A DNA stretch of 64,000 nt, taken from assembly GCA_963771885.1 (NCBI GenBank), contig CAVYVF010000023.1, positions 704,001 through 768,000 on the forward strand, in the 5' to 3' direction. The notes beneath the pieces were generated by a model, which was not told where the DNA came from, ran no database searches, and saw only the letters and a program-made list of their open reading frames with translations. This document shows positions 1 through 8,788 of the stretch, piece after piece. The position numbers and the translations under genes were made by a program. The number at the start of each line of letters is the position of its first letter. Position 1 is the first letter of the stretch. The stretch comes from Candidatus Bathyarchaeota archaeon. Its GTDB lineage: Archaea; Thermoproteota; Bathyarchaeia; TCS64.

Positions 1-1
1 C

Positions 2-172
2 GACGCCGCCATCCTCACGAAGGTGGACGCCGACGCGAAGGGCGGCTCCAGCCTGAGCGTGAGCTTCCTCACAGGCAAGCCCGTAATCTACATTGGGGTA
101 GGACAGGGCTACGACGACCTCCAGCCATTCGATGCTGGATGGTTCGCGGAGAAGCTGCTCGGGGATTCGTAA
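2..172 (+). CDS. ftsY: SRP receptor FtsY, C-terminal part (5' end outside window)
   Basis: Manual translation [19 protein letters not shown]...[16 protein letters not shown] matches the SRP GTPase TKxD, AKGG and GxGQ motifs; lies upstream of secE as usual in archaea. Confidence 0.93.
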   Translation, partial: DAAILTKVDADAKGGSSLSVSFLTGKPVIYIGVGQGYDDLQPFDAGWFAEKLLGDS

Positions 173-212
173 AGATTTTAAGGCTCACGCGTCTCTCAGT
201 GGGCGTTAAGCC

Positions 213-386
213 ATGGGCGTAAACGAGTTCGTCGAGAGCGCAAAGCGCCTCCTAGTCACGCTGAACAAGCCCGACTGGAAGACCTTCAGCCTCAGCCTTA
301 AGATCGTGCTGATTGGCGTGGGCATCCTCGGAGCGGTCGGCTACATCATACGCCTCATCGCCGTCGTCCTGCAGCCCGTCGGCTAA
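213..386 (+). CDS. secE: Protein translocase subunit SecE/Sec61 gamma (57 aa, not in ORF track)
   Basis: MGVNEFVESAKRLLVTLNKPDWKTFSLSLKIVLIGVGILGAVGYIIRLI: amphipathic helix, KP motif, one TM helix; lies between ftsY and spt5. Confidence 0.92.
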   Translation: MGVNEFVESAKRLLVTLNKPDWKTFSLSLKIVLIGVGILGAVGYIIRLIAVVLQPVG

Positions 387-452
387 AGCTGCGACGTTTT
401 CGACTTTTAGCCACTCAGCAACATTAATATTAGCCATCCACTTACGCTAACG

Positions 453-935
453 GTGCAACCGGACGTGGCAGATGTGCCAGACAAGCCTGTATCCCAGCTC
501 TACGCGGTAAAGGTCACAAACGGCCAGGAGAAGACTGTTGCAGAGATGCTCGCTGACAAGGCGAAGATCGAGCACATATCAGTCCTAGCCATACTCGCGC
601 CGTCGGAGCTGAAGGGCTACATTATCGTTGAGAGCGTCAACCCTCATATGGTCGACGAGCTCATACGGGGCGTCAGGTATGCCAGGGAGCGCATACAAGG
701 CACTGTTTCACCCGCTGAGGTGGATCACTACCTTGAGACGAAGCCAGCCATCGAGGGCCTGGCTGAGGGCACCCTGGTAGACGTCGTAGCCGGCCCCTTC
801 AAGGGCATGCAGGCGAAAGTGGTGCGCGTGGATACCTCCAAGGAGGAAGTAACGATAGAGATCCTTGAGGCGGCATTTAGCCTGCCGATAACCGTCCACG
901 CCGACTATGTCCGGGAGGTTAAAGGAGCTAGCTGA
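453..935 (+). CDS. spt5: Transcription elongation factor Spt5/NusG (true start may be GTG 465 or 474)
   Basis: YAVKVTNGQEKTVA, LKGYIIVE and KOW motif GPFKG. Confidence 0.96.
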   Translation: MQPDVADVPDKPVSQLYAVKVTNGQEKTVAEMLADKAKIEHISVLAILAPSELKGYIIVESVNPHMVDELIRGVRYARERIQGTVSPAEVDHYLETKPAIEGLAEGTLVDVVAGPFKGMQAKVVRVDTSKEEVTIEILEAAFSLPITVHADYVREVKGAS

Positions 936-937
936 GA

Positions 938-1423
938 TTGGTAGAAAAGAAGTTCAACTTTATCGTCCCGGGTGGTGGGGCGACAGGCGGTCCGCCGATT
1001 GGCCCAGCTTTGGGCCCGATGGGCGTCAACATCATGCAGATCGTCGCCGAGATCAACAAGCAGACCGGCGACTACAAGGGCACACCCGTCCCAGTGGACG
1101 TGTTGATTGACACGGACTCGAAGGAGTTCAAGGTCAAGGTCGGGATGCTCAGCACATTCGCCCTGCTAACGCAGGCGGCTGGCATAACGAAGGGCTCTGG
1201 CACTCCCCACTCCGCAAAGGTCGGGGACCTCGCCTTTGACCAGCTTGTGACGGTCGCCAAGAAGAAGAAGGCAGGCCTCTACGCTGCAAGCCTCAAGACT
1301 GCTGTACGCGAGGTGCTCGGCACATGCGTCAGCATGGGCGTCACCGTCGACGGCAAGCCAGCGAAGGACGTCGAGGCGCAGATAAAGGGCGGCGAGTACG
1401 ACGCCCAGCTAAAGGAGGACTAG
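938..1423 (+). CDS. rpl11: 50S ribosomal protein L11 (uL11)
   Basis: GGATGGPPIGPALGPMGVN and GTCVSMGVTVDG motifs. Confidence 0.97.
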   Translation: MVEKKFNFIVPGGGATGGPPIGPALGPMGVNIMQIVAEINKQTGDYKGTPVPVDVLIDTDSKEFKVKVGMLSTFALLTQAAGITKGSGTPHSAKVGDLAFDQLVTVAKKKKAGLYAASLKTAVREVLGTCVSMGVTVDGKPAKDVEAQIKGGEYDAQLKED

Positions 1424-1427
1424 AAGC

Positions 1428-2072
1428 ATGTCCCTACAGCGCAAAGATATCAACGAGGCTATCACGAAGGCGAGGCAGGCTTCCAAGAAGCGGAAGTTCG
1501 AGCAGACCTTCGAGATGGCGATCAACCTACGCGAGCTCGACATGAAGCGCCCCGAGAACAGGGTCAACCTGCGCGTCCAGCTTCCCAACGGGATCGGCGG
1601 GCAGAAGGTCCTCGTCTTCGCGGGCGGTGACCTCGCACTCAGGGCACGCAGGAGCGGAGCCGACGCCGTCATCGAGCCGCCGGAACTCGCCGAGCTAGCT
1701 AAGGACAAGAAGGCGGCTAAGAAGAAGCTCAAGGGTTTCGACATATTCATCAGCGAGGCGCCGTTGATGCCGACGGTGGGTCGTGTCGCAGGTCCCATCC
1801 TGGGCCCTCGCGGCAAGATGCCTACTCCGGTACCACCGCAGGCGCCCGTCGACACAGTCATCGAGCGCGAGCGCCGCGCCGTCGTTCTGAGGAGCAGGGA
1901 CAAGATGTTCTGCCACGTCATGGTTGGTCGCGAGAACATGACCGACGAGCAGGTGGCCCAGAACATCGAGACCATACTCACCAACCTCATCGGCGCCACA
2001 AAGCGTGGCTATGGTAACATCAAGAGCATCTACCTGAAGACGACCATGGGAGAGGCCGTCAAGCTCTACTGA
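1428..2072 (+). CDS. rpl1: 50S ribosomal protein L1 (uL1)
   Basis: KRKFEQTFEMAINL, GPILGPRGKMP, YLKTTMG. Confidence 0.97.
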   Translation: MSLQRKDINEAITKARQASKKRKFEQTFEMAINLRELDMKRPENRVNLRVQLPNGIGGQKVLVFAGGDLALRARRSGADAVIEPPELAELAKDKKAAKKKLKGFDIFISEAPLMPTVGRVAGPILGPRGKMPTPVPPQAPVDTVIERERRAVVLRSRDKMFCHVMVGRENMTDEQVAQNIETILTNLIGATKRGYGNIKSIYLKTTMGEAVKLY

Positions 2073-2082
2073 GGTGGCATGA

Positions 2083-2937
2083 ATGACAAACGTATCTGAG
2101 CAGAAGGCAGCAATCGTCGAGAGCACAGTGAGCCTGCTGAAGAAGTACGAGGTCATCGCCGCCGCCGACCTGAACAAGGTGCAGAGCGGCATGCTGATGG
2201 ACCTCAGGAAGAGCCTCAGGGGCCAGCTCGAGATCAAGACCGTGAAGAACACGCTGCTGAGGATCAGCATGGAGAAGGCGCAGAAGCCCGGTACGCCCGA
2301 GTTCATCAAGGCGATCGCTGGGCAGAACATGCTCCTCTTCACAAACGGCAACCCCTTCAAGCTGGCGATGAACCTCGAGAAGAGCAAGGTCGAGAGCTTC
2401 GCCAAGGCGGGAGACATCGCGCTCAAGGAGCTGACCATCCCCGCGGGCAACACGGGCATCAGTCCCGGCCCCATGATCAGCAAGTTCGGAGGACTCGGTA
2501 TAAAGACCCGCATCGAGGCGGGCAACATCTGGGTCGTCGCCGACACCGTCATCGCCGAGAAGGGTGACACGATCACCGCCGATATGGCCGACCTCCTGCA
2601 GAGGCTGGGCATCAAGGCGGCTCAGAGTGGTCTAGGTCTCAAGGTCGTCTACGAGAAGGGCATGATCATACCCGGCAGGGACCTGATCATCGACGTCGCC
2701 GACTACAGGAAGCGGCTCATGGAGGCTGCTGGTGGAGCGTTCGCGGTCGCCCTCAAGGGCCCCTACGTCACTCCCACTACGGCACCGACGCTCCTGAGCA
2801 TGGCGATGCAGCAGGCGAAGGCCGTCGCGGTCGAGGCGGGCTACCTCACGCCCGACACGGCTGCGGAGATCATCGCCAAGGCGAATGCCCAGGCGAAGTC
2901 GCTCCAGGATAAGGTCGACGCAAAGAAGACCGCGTAG
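2083..2937 (+). CDS. rpl10: 50S ribosomal protein L10/P0 (uL10)
   Basis: KNTLL, LFTNGNPFKL, IPAGNTGISPGP; has the archaeal/eukaryal insertion domain. Confidence 0.96.
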   Translation: MTNVSEQKAAIVESTVSLLKKYEVIAAADLNKVQSGMLMDLRKSLRGQLEIKTVKNTLLRISMEKAQKPGTPEFIKAIAGQNMLLFTNGNPFKLAMNLEKSKVESFAKAGDIALKELTIPAGNTGISPGPMISKFGGLGIKTRIEAGNIWVVADTVIAEKGDTITADMADLLQRLGIKAAQSGLGLKVVYEKGMIIPGRDLIIDVADYRKRLMEAAGGAFAVALKGPYVTPTTAPTLLSMAMQQAKAVAVEAGYLTPDTAAEIIAKANAQAKSLQDKVDAKKTA

Positions 2938-2967
2938 ACGAACTACGCGGCTCTTTTTCAGTTTTTT
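2930..2967 (+). terminator. Hairpin plus T-tract terminator closing the L11-L1-L10 operon
   Basis: CCGCGTAG-ACGAA-CTACGCGG (8-bp stem) followed by CTCTTTTTCAGTTTTTT. Confidence 0.7.
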
Positions 2968-3045
2968 AAACGAATATTTTCGTTTTGATAGTGGTCATTC
3001 ACATCGAGAATAGCTAATATATGCGGACGCATCCACCCCTCCTGT

Positions 3046-3570
3046 ATGGACGTTCTCAAGACAATCGAGACACGCAGGAGTGTCAGGAAGTACAAACCCA
3101 TCCCCGTGCCGGACGGCGACCTGAAGAAGATCCTTGAGGCTGGGCGCCTCGCCCCTTCGGCGGGTAACAAGCAGCCGTGGGGCTTCGTCGTTGTACGCGA
3201 CGCTGAGGGCAAGAAGAAGCTCGCGGAGGCCGCGAGGAACCAGATGTGGACCGCGGACGCCGGCGCCTTCCTCGCCGTGTTTGGCGACGCCGCCAACAGC
3301 CCCGGCGGCTACTCCAAGTGGGTCGAGCGCGACCCCATGATCGCCGTCGAGAGCATGATCCTTGCTGCGTGGAGCCTAGGCTACGGCACATGTTGGATAG
3401 GAGCATTCGAGGAGGAGAAGGTCAAGCCCCTCCTCGGCATACCCGAGGACAAGAAGGTCATCTGCCTCCTACCCATAGGCGTCCCAGCGGAGACCCCCGA
3501 CCCCAAGCCACGCAGGGCATTCGGCGAAGTCTTTCACGCCGAGAAGTACGGTAAGTCTCTAAACCTCTAG
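3046..3570 (+). CDS. Nitroreductase family protein
   Basis: RRSVRKY, LAPSAGNKQPW, GYGTCWIG. Confidence 0.93.
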   Translation: MDVLKTIETRRSVRKYKPIPVPDGDLKKILEAGRLAPSAGNKQPWGFVVVRDAEGKKKLAEAARNQMWTADAGAFLAVFGDAANSPGGYSKWVERDPMIAVESMILAAWSLGYGTCWIGAFEEEKVKPLLGIPEDKKVICLLPIGVPAETPDPKPRRAFGEVFHAEKYGKSLNL

Positions 3571-3591
3571 CTGCGAGGAAAGAATCAGCGA

Positions 3592-3936
3592 CTACTTCTT
3601 CTCTTCCTTCTTCTGCGTCGGCTCTATCGTGAGGAACCTGAGGAGCTTCGTCCCAGTATTTACGATCTCGTGCAGCTCGTCCGGCCTAAGATAGATGAAG
3701 ACGCCGGAGCCAAGCAGGCTCGTCCCGTTCTCGTCCCTCACCTCGCCGGTGCCTTCAACGATGTACATGGTGTGCTCGTAGGGGTGGCGGTGGCGGAGAG
3801 TGTGTCCCCCCGGCGCGACCTCGATCATCGCCGTGGAGACAGTTGACTCTACATCGTTGAGCTTGCGCTTCTTCGACCCGGGTGCCTCGCTGCCTATCGC
3901 CGCCTCGGGCATCTCGGTGTAGTGGTAGATTCTCAT
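3592..3936 (-). CDS. Cupin domain protein
   Basis: PGGHTLRHRHPYEHTMYIVEG and PDELHEIVNTG metal-binding motifs. Confidence 0.88.
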   Translation of the reverse strand: MRIYHYTEMPEAAIGSEAPGSKKRKLNDVESTVSTAMIEVAPGGHTLRHRHPYEHTMYIVEGTGEVRDENGTSLLGSGVFIYLRPDELHEIVNTGTKLLRFLTIEPTQKKEEKK

Positions 3937-4016
3937 CGGTGAACGGTATAGAAGCGCCGTGGATAAGCCATCCGCCCCGGCAACTGTTTAACTGCCGCGG
4001 CGCGGAGACATCTGAG

Positions 4017-4673
4017 ATGCTCAGCGGGATAAGGCTCGTCATATACGACCTCGACGGTACCCTCATCGACTCCACTGAGGCGATAGTCGACACGTTCAAC
4101 GTCATCCTCGCTGAGGAGGGTATCGCGCCGCCCGCCCCTGGCGTCATCGCATCCCTAATCGGCGAGCCCATGCCCGAGATACTCAAGAGGCTCCTACCTC
4201 CCGAGAGGCGGGGTGAAGTCCAGCGCTTCTGGGACGCCTACATCCCCGTCTACGCCCGCATAAGCCCCGAGAAGACGCGGGTCCTCCCCGGCGCCGCTGA
4301 GACACTCCAAACATTCAAGGCGCGTAGCCTCCTCCAGAGCATAGCTACCCAGAAGAAGTGCGCCGTCGCAACACGAGTCCTCGGCGAGCTCGGCCTCCTC
4401 AGCGACATCGACCTCGTCTGCGGCATAGATGACGTGGTCCACCCGAAGCCGGCGCCTGACATCGTCGAACTCACCCTAAAGCGCCTCGGCGTGAAGCCCA
4501 ACGAGGCGGTGATGATTGACGACACGACCATAGGGCTCTCGGCTGGAAAGAACGCTGGCGTCCGCACCGTCGGCGTCACCACGGGGACACATAGCCGGGA
4601 GAAGCTGCTGACCCTTGACCCTGACTACGTCATCGACGGGCTAGACGAGCTGCCCCGCCTCATCGTTCCTTGA
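4017..4673 (+). CDS. HAD-superfamily hydrolase (phosphoglycolate phosphatase-like)
   Basis: YDLDGTLIDS, HPKPAPD, MIDD motifs; start moved to ATG 4017. Confidence 0.9.
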   Translation: MLSGIRLVIYDLDGTLIDSTEAIVDTFNVILAEEGIAPPAPGVIASLIGEPMPEILKRLLPPERRGEVQRFWDAYIPVYARISPEKTRVLPGAAETLQTFKARSLLQSIATQKKCAVATRVLGELGLLSDIDLVCGIDDVVHPKPAPDIVELTLKRLGVKPNEAVMIDDTTIGLSAGKNAGVRTVGVTTGTHSREKLLTLDPDYVIDGLDELPRLIVP

Positions 4674-5358
4674 TGGCGTGCTGGAAAGCCGCCTCGGCGT
4701 GGATGGTCGTCGTGTCGAAGACGGGTATCTTTGTGTCGCTCTGCTTGATGAGCAAGGGGATCTCGGTGCAGCCAAGTATGACTCCCTGGGCGCCCTTCGC
4801 CTTGAGCCTCTCCATAATGGCGAGGTAGTTCCTTCGGCTCTGGTCCTTAAGGACGCCGTAGGCGAGCTCCTCGAAGATGACGCGCCCTACCTCCTTCTGG
4901 TCCTCCTCGTCGGGGACGACCACTTTGACACCGTACTTGGCGAGCCCCTCGCGGTAGTAGGGCTTATTCATAGCGAACCTCGTCCCTATGAGCCCGACCT
5001 TCTTTATCCCAGCCTTCTTAACCTCCAACCCCGTCGCATCCACGAGGCTCAGCAGGGGTATGATGTTCCTCCTGTCGAGCTTCTCGTAAAGGTTGTGCAT
5101 CGTGTTGGTGGCGATGACTGCAAAGTCGGCACCTGCATCGTGGAGCGACTTCAGCCCCTTCGCGAGCTCAAGCTCCATGCTATCCCAGTCCTCCACCGCC
5201 ATCCAATCCTCAAAGCGCTGGAAGCTGACACTGAACACGACCACCTCCGGGTAGGCGTGGCTGTGGTAGAGCTCCTCGTAGCGGTGGATTATGTGCATGT
5301 AGTAGGGTACGGTCGACTCGGGCGTGAGGCCCCCGAGGATCCCGATCCGCTTGTACAT
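4660..5358 (-). CDS. Aspartate/glutamate racemase family (YgeA-like Thr/Cys pair)
   Basis: IGILGGLTPEST, IATNTMH, ILGCTEIP; start at MYKRIG. Confidence 0.92.
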   Translation of the reverse strand: MYKRIGILGGLTPESTVPYYMHIIHRYEELYHSHAYPEVVVFSVSFQRFEDWMAVEDWDSMELELAKGLKSLHDAGADFAVIATNTMHNLYEKLDRRNIIPLLSLVDATGLEVKKAGIKKVGLIGTRFAMNKPYYREGLAKYGVKVVVPDEEDQKEVGRVIFEELAYGVLKDQSRRNYLAIMERLKAKGAQGVILGCTEIPLLIKQSDTKIPVFDTTTIHAEAAFQHAIKER

Positions 5359-5396
5359 GGTTGAAGATGTGCTTCGGGCTATAAGAGAGGTGCGGG

Positions 5397-5879
5397 TCAC
5401 TGGGCGACGTCGACGAAGTCACCGACCTGGCTTCGGAGTTGGGCAACCGAGAGATTAAGAACCGAGTTCGGTGTCCCCGCAGCAGCCCAGACCTTCTCGA
5501 ACCGGGTGAGGCTCCCGTCGAGGAGCACTTTAACGGAGGGCTCGTGAGGGAATGGCGGCACACCGCCTATGACGTAGCCGGTGAGCACTTTCACGGCGTC
5601 AGCATCCGCGTTTCCCACCTTGGTGCCGAGGAGTGCACCGACCTTCTTCGCGTCGACGCGCCTGTCGCCGCTTATCACGACGACCACCGCCTGCTCCTCT
5701 GCCTTGAAGACTATGCTCTTGGCAATCTCGGCGACGGTGCAACCGAGGGCGTCTGCGGCGAGCTGGCTGGTACGGGTCGACTCATCGAGTGTGACGACGC
5801 GTGCCTCTATGCCCTTCTCCTTCAGGTAATCGGCGACACGCTTGGAAGCCTTCGTCGCAGACACTAGAGGCTCCTCCAC
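5397..5879 (-). CDS. YbaK/EbsC family aminoacyl-tRNA deacylase-like protein
   Basis: IAKSIVF, TGYVIGGVPPF, WAAAGTP. Confidence 0.9.
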   Translation of the reverse strand: MEEPLVSATKASKRVADYLKEKGIEARVVTLDESTRTSQLAADALGCTVAEIAKSIVFKAEEQAVVVVISGDRRVDAKKVGALLGTKVGNADADAVKVLTGYVIGGVPPFPHEPSVKVLLDGSLTRFEKVWAAAGTPNSVLNLSVAQLRSQVGDFVDVAQ

Positions 5880-6817
5880 CTCTCGATGAGTTCTAGGAGC
5901 TGTTCCCTAGTGGGTCCCCCACGTGTCTCCTTCCTCGTCGCCTTGAAGCTACCCCCTGCGTTGCCCCATCGGAGCGCGTCCTCATCGCTCAGCCCCTCCA
6001 CCTTCGCCGAGGCGAAGCCGCCGATGAAGGCATCGCCACAGCCGACACGGTTGACGACGGTCATCCCCAGCTTCTCCAGGGGGACGGCGTCGACGTGTAT
6101 CATGGCTCCGCCGCTATTCTGGGTGAGCGTGCAGCCCTCTGCGCCGTGCTTGATTATGCACTTGACCCCCCGGGCCCTCTCATGCATAATCCTAGCGATT
6201 TCATGCGCCGAGTCGGTGCCGAGGAGGTTCTCGTACTCCAGGTGGTTAAGTATGAAGTAGTCAGTGTTGGCGAGGGTAGGTATGAGTGCATCTAGCCCCT
6301 TCTCGGCGTAGACGCCGGGGTCCCAGATGACCATGACGCCCTTATCCTTGCACAACTCAGCGAGGCAACGCGCCGTCTCGATCGGCGGGTCCATGATGAC
6401 ACAGACCTTCGCCCCCTCGATTAGCTTCATCCTCTCCGGGTCGCGGAGGCACATCCCATCCAGCCGGAGGTTTGCGCCGAAGTAGGTATGAATCTCGTTC
6501 TCACCGTCGCCACCTATGCTGATGTACGCCTGCCCAGACTCCTCCCCCTGAACGAACAGCAGCCCAGAGTCGTCGACGCCCTCCTCCCAGAGTATGCTCC
6601 TCTGCTTGTCTCCTATCTCGTCCTTACCGAGGGCGCCTATGAAGGCGACACGCTTCTTCCCGAGTATCCGAGCCGAGGCTACGGCGACGTTCGCCGCCGT
6701 GCCTCCACTGACGCGCTGTATCTCGTTTACGGGCACCTCCTCCCCTGGGCGGGGCAGCCGGGGCATGAAAAGGTTGATGTCCCAGTTTATGGCGCCGCAT
6801 GTGATCAGGTCAGCCAC
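5864..6817 (-). CDS. PfkB family carbohydrate/nucleoside kinase
   Basis: GGTAANVA and VGCGDAFIGGF signatures; directly after a nucleoside hydrolase gene. Confidence 0.9.
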   Translation of the reverse strand: MADLITCGAINWDINLFMPRLPRPGEEVPVNEIQRVSGGTAANVAVASARILGKKRVAFIGALGKDEIGDKQRSILWEEGVDDSGLLFVQGEESGQAYISIGGDGENEIHTYFGANLRLDGMCLRDPERMKLIEGAKVCVIMDPPIETARCLAELCKDKGVMVIWDPGVYAEKGLDALIPTLANTDYFILNHLEYENLLGTDSAHEIARIMHERARGVKCIIKHGAEGCTLTQNSGGAMIHVDAVPLEKLGMTVVNRVGCGDAFIGGFASAKVEGLSDEDALRWGNAGGSFKATRKETRGGPTREQLLELIERWRSL

Positions 6818-6819
6818 GA

Positions 6820-7770
6820 CTAGGCCCCCTTCGCTACCCTGTCGACTATCATCTTATGGAAACGCTGGGCATCGACCTCGGCGACTATCTGGTGCGCCGC
6901 CTTAGCATTCACCTCGACAGCGAACCTACGTCGGTCGATCACCGTCATCCCCATAGTGTGCTCACCCCTCGTCTCCACCTCTACATTGTATCGCTGTAGC
7001 TTGAACATGGTCGGGTCAGCGACGTAGGCGAGTGCCATCGGGTCGTGGAGGCTGAAGCCGTTGTACCTCTCGATGAGGGTGCCACAGAGCCCCTCGATGA
7101 GCTTCGCCCTCTTTGTGTTACCCTTCGTCATCTCTGCGAACATCGCCCTGCTCATCCTGTAGGCGGGGAACATCGTTGTGTCGAGGCCTATGCAGACAGT
7201 GGGTATGCCACTGTTGAAGACGAGCTTCGCCGCGTCCGGGTCGTGCCACACGTTAAACTCGGCGACGGCGTTCGCGTTTCCTATTCCGGCGGGGGTGAGT
7301 CCGAAGCTCCCGCCCATGATGACGAGTCCGTCAACCTTCTCGGGTATCTCAGTGTCCGCGAGTATCGCCGCTGCGATGTTTGTTAGGGGGCCGATCGCCA
7401 CGAGAGTAAGGTCCTTCCCCAGCCTCTCAACTTCGTCGAGTATGAGGTGGACGGCGCTACGCTCATCCAACTTCATCTTTGGCTCGGGGAGTTTCGCGTC
7501 CATAAGCCCCGTCTTGCCGTGGAAGTCCTCCGCGCTCCCCATCTCCTTAAGCATCGGGTGCGCTGCGCCCCGCGCGAGAGGCACGTCGGTCCTGCCGAGG
7601 AACTCGAGGAGCTGCCTTGCATTGCGGGTGCCCCTCTCAACGTCGACGTTGCCGTCGACCGTCGTGATGGCCTCGACGCTTATCTCTGGGCTAGAGAACG
7701 TGAGTAGGAAGGCTAAGGCGTCGTCTACGCCTGGGTCCGTGTCAAGCAGTATCCGCTTCAACGGTAACAA
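6820..7770 (-). CDS. Inosine/uridine-preferring nucleoside hydrolase
   Basis: LDTDPGVDDA, GPLTNIA, AEFNVWHDPDAA, LHDP. Confidence 0.95.
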   Translation of the reverse strand: MLPLKRILLDTDPGVDDALAFLLTFSSPEISVEAITTVDGNVDVERGTRNARQLLEFLGRTDVPLARGAAHPMLKEMGSAEDFHGKTGLMDAKLPEPKMKLDERSAVHLILDEVERLGKDLTLVAIGPLTNIAAAILADTEIPEKVDGLVIMGGSFGLTPAGIGNANAVAEFNVWHDPDAAKLVFNSGIPTVCIGLDTTMFPAYRMSRAMFAEMTKGNTKRAKLIEGLCGTLIERYNGFSLHDPMALAYVADPTMFKLQRYNVEVETRGEHTMGMTVIDRRRFAVEVNAKAAHQIVAEVDAQRFHKMIVDRVAKGA

Positions 7771-7805
7771 CCTATGGAGTAGACGCCTCTGGGGGAATAA
7801 AACAT

Positions 7806-8498
7806 CTATTTCTTAAGGAGCGCCCTTGTGTACTCCTCGGTGAGCACTCTCATCCTCTCCGCCTGAGGCATCTCCGCCAGCTTGGCGAGCTCGCCGCGGC
7901 GCTTCTCCGCCATGATCTTCAACTCCTCGGGGTGCTCCCTCCACATCTGCTCCTCGAGCACACGCTTCACAACGATCTCAGTGAGCAGCGGGTCAGCTAT
8001 AGGACAACCTTCGAAGTTCTTCCCCTGCCCCATTGTGAGCAGCAGCTCGTTGACAGGGTAGCCGCGGCACGTACCTGGGCGGACGGGGTGTATGGCACAG
8101 AGGTTGCCCCTTAGGAAGGGGCAGGGCTGAGAGACGATGAACGTTCCGTCCCCCATGGGCACGGCATTTACCCTATCCTTCAGCTTCTTGTACTCCATGT
8201 GGAGGGTGTCAGCCACAGTCTGCAGTTCCTCCTTCTTCATCCTGATGCTACCCCTGCTCCTGCAGCAGTTGCCGCAGCGCTGGCAGAGCCTCTGCTGGAG
8301 CGCTATAATCATCGCGACCTCCGTCTCGAGTACGACGCCGAGGCTGCTGACCGCCTTGAGCACGTCCTCCTCCCTGACCGGGGGCATCTTGAGCCTCTTC
8401 TTAGCGAGATCGAGGACGCGAAAGGCGTGTGGGCCGGAGAATGGCTTGAAGTCGGGGCGCGCCAGGAGGCGGTCGAGGGGCGACTTCTCCTCGCTCAT
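7806..8498 (-). CDS. YkgJ-like CxxCxxCC cysteine-cluster protein
   Basis: CQRCGNCC...CPFL...CAIHPVRPGTCRGYP. Confidence 0.85.
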   Translation of the reverse strand: MSEEKSPLDRLLARPDFKPFSGPHAFRVLDLAKKRLKMPPVREEDVLKAVSSLGVVLETEVAMIIALQQRLCQRCGNCCRSRGSIRMKKEELQTVADTLHMEYKKLKDRVNAVPMGDGTFIVSQPCPFLRGNLCAIHPVRPGTCRGYPVNELLLTMGQGKNFEGCPIADPLLTEIVVKRVLEEQMWREHPEELKIMAEKRRGELAKLAEMPQAERMRVLTEEYTRALLKK

Positions 8499-8569
8499 GG
8501 TACGCCAATCAGCTCACGGGGTTATAACCCCATCCATGGCGCGTGTCGCCAGCTACACCTGCCCAAACC

Positions 8570-8578
8570 ATTTAAATA
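8570..8578 (+). promoter_or_regulatory. TATA box of the aromatic operon (predicted TSS about 8598-8602)
   Basis: ATTTAAATA in a GC-rich background, about 45 nt upstream of the uORF start. Confidence 0.6.
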
Positions 8579-8599
8579 GAATATGGGGACCCAACACCG

Positions 8600-8788
8600 T
8601 AGTATCGAGAGAGGTGCAATAAATGCGCCAATTTACCGTAGCTTAAGCCGGAGCAGCGCTCCACACCTAGTTCTAACCACCCGGGTAGCATCCCCGGCGA
8701 TTCAAACCCCAAGCCAAGACGAGTTCAGCTTCTTCGGCTTCCAGGCCAAGGGCCTGTGCTGAAGGAGACCCCGGAGGCACAGGTCTTG
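8600..8788 (+). promoter_or_regulatory. Structured 5' leader, candidate translational attenuator
   Basis: Competing helices 8645-53/8732-40, 8729-38/8758-67 and 8751-60/8776-85; the last overlaps the aroF SD and abuts the start codon. Confidence 0.55.
8623..8646 (+). CDS. Putative leader peptide MRQFTVA
   Basis: ATG CGC CAA TTT ACC GTA GCT TAA preceded by SD GAGGTG at 8611-8616; contains a Phe codon; sits upstream of the Phe/Tyr biosynthesis operon. Confidence 0.55.
   Translation: MRQFTVA

Noticed and set aside
8600..8788. T-box riboswitch or terminator-type attenuator
   Set aside because: No T-box GGTGG.ACC motif and no U-tract after any leader hairpin
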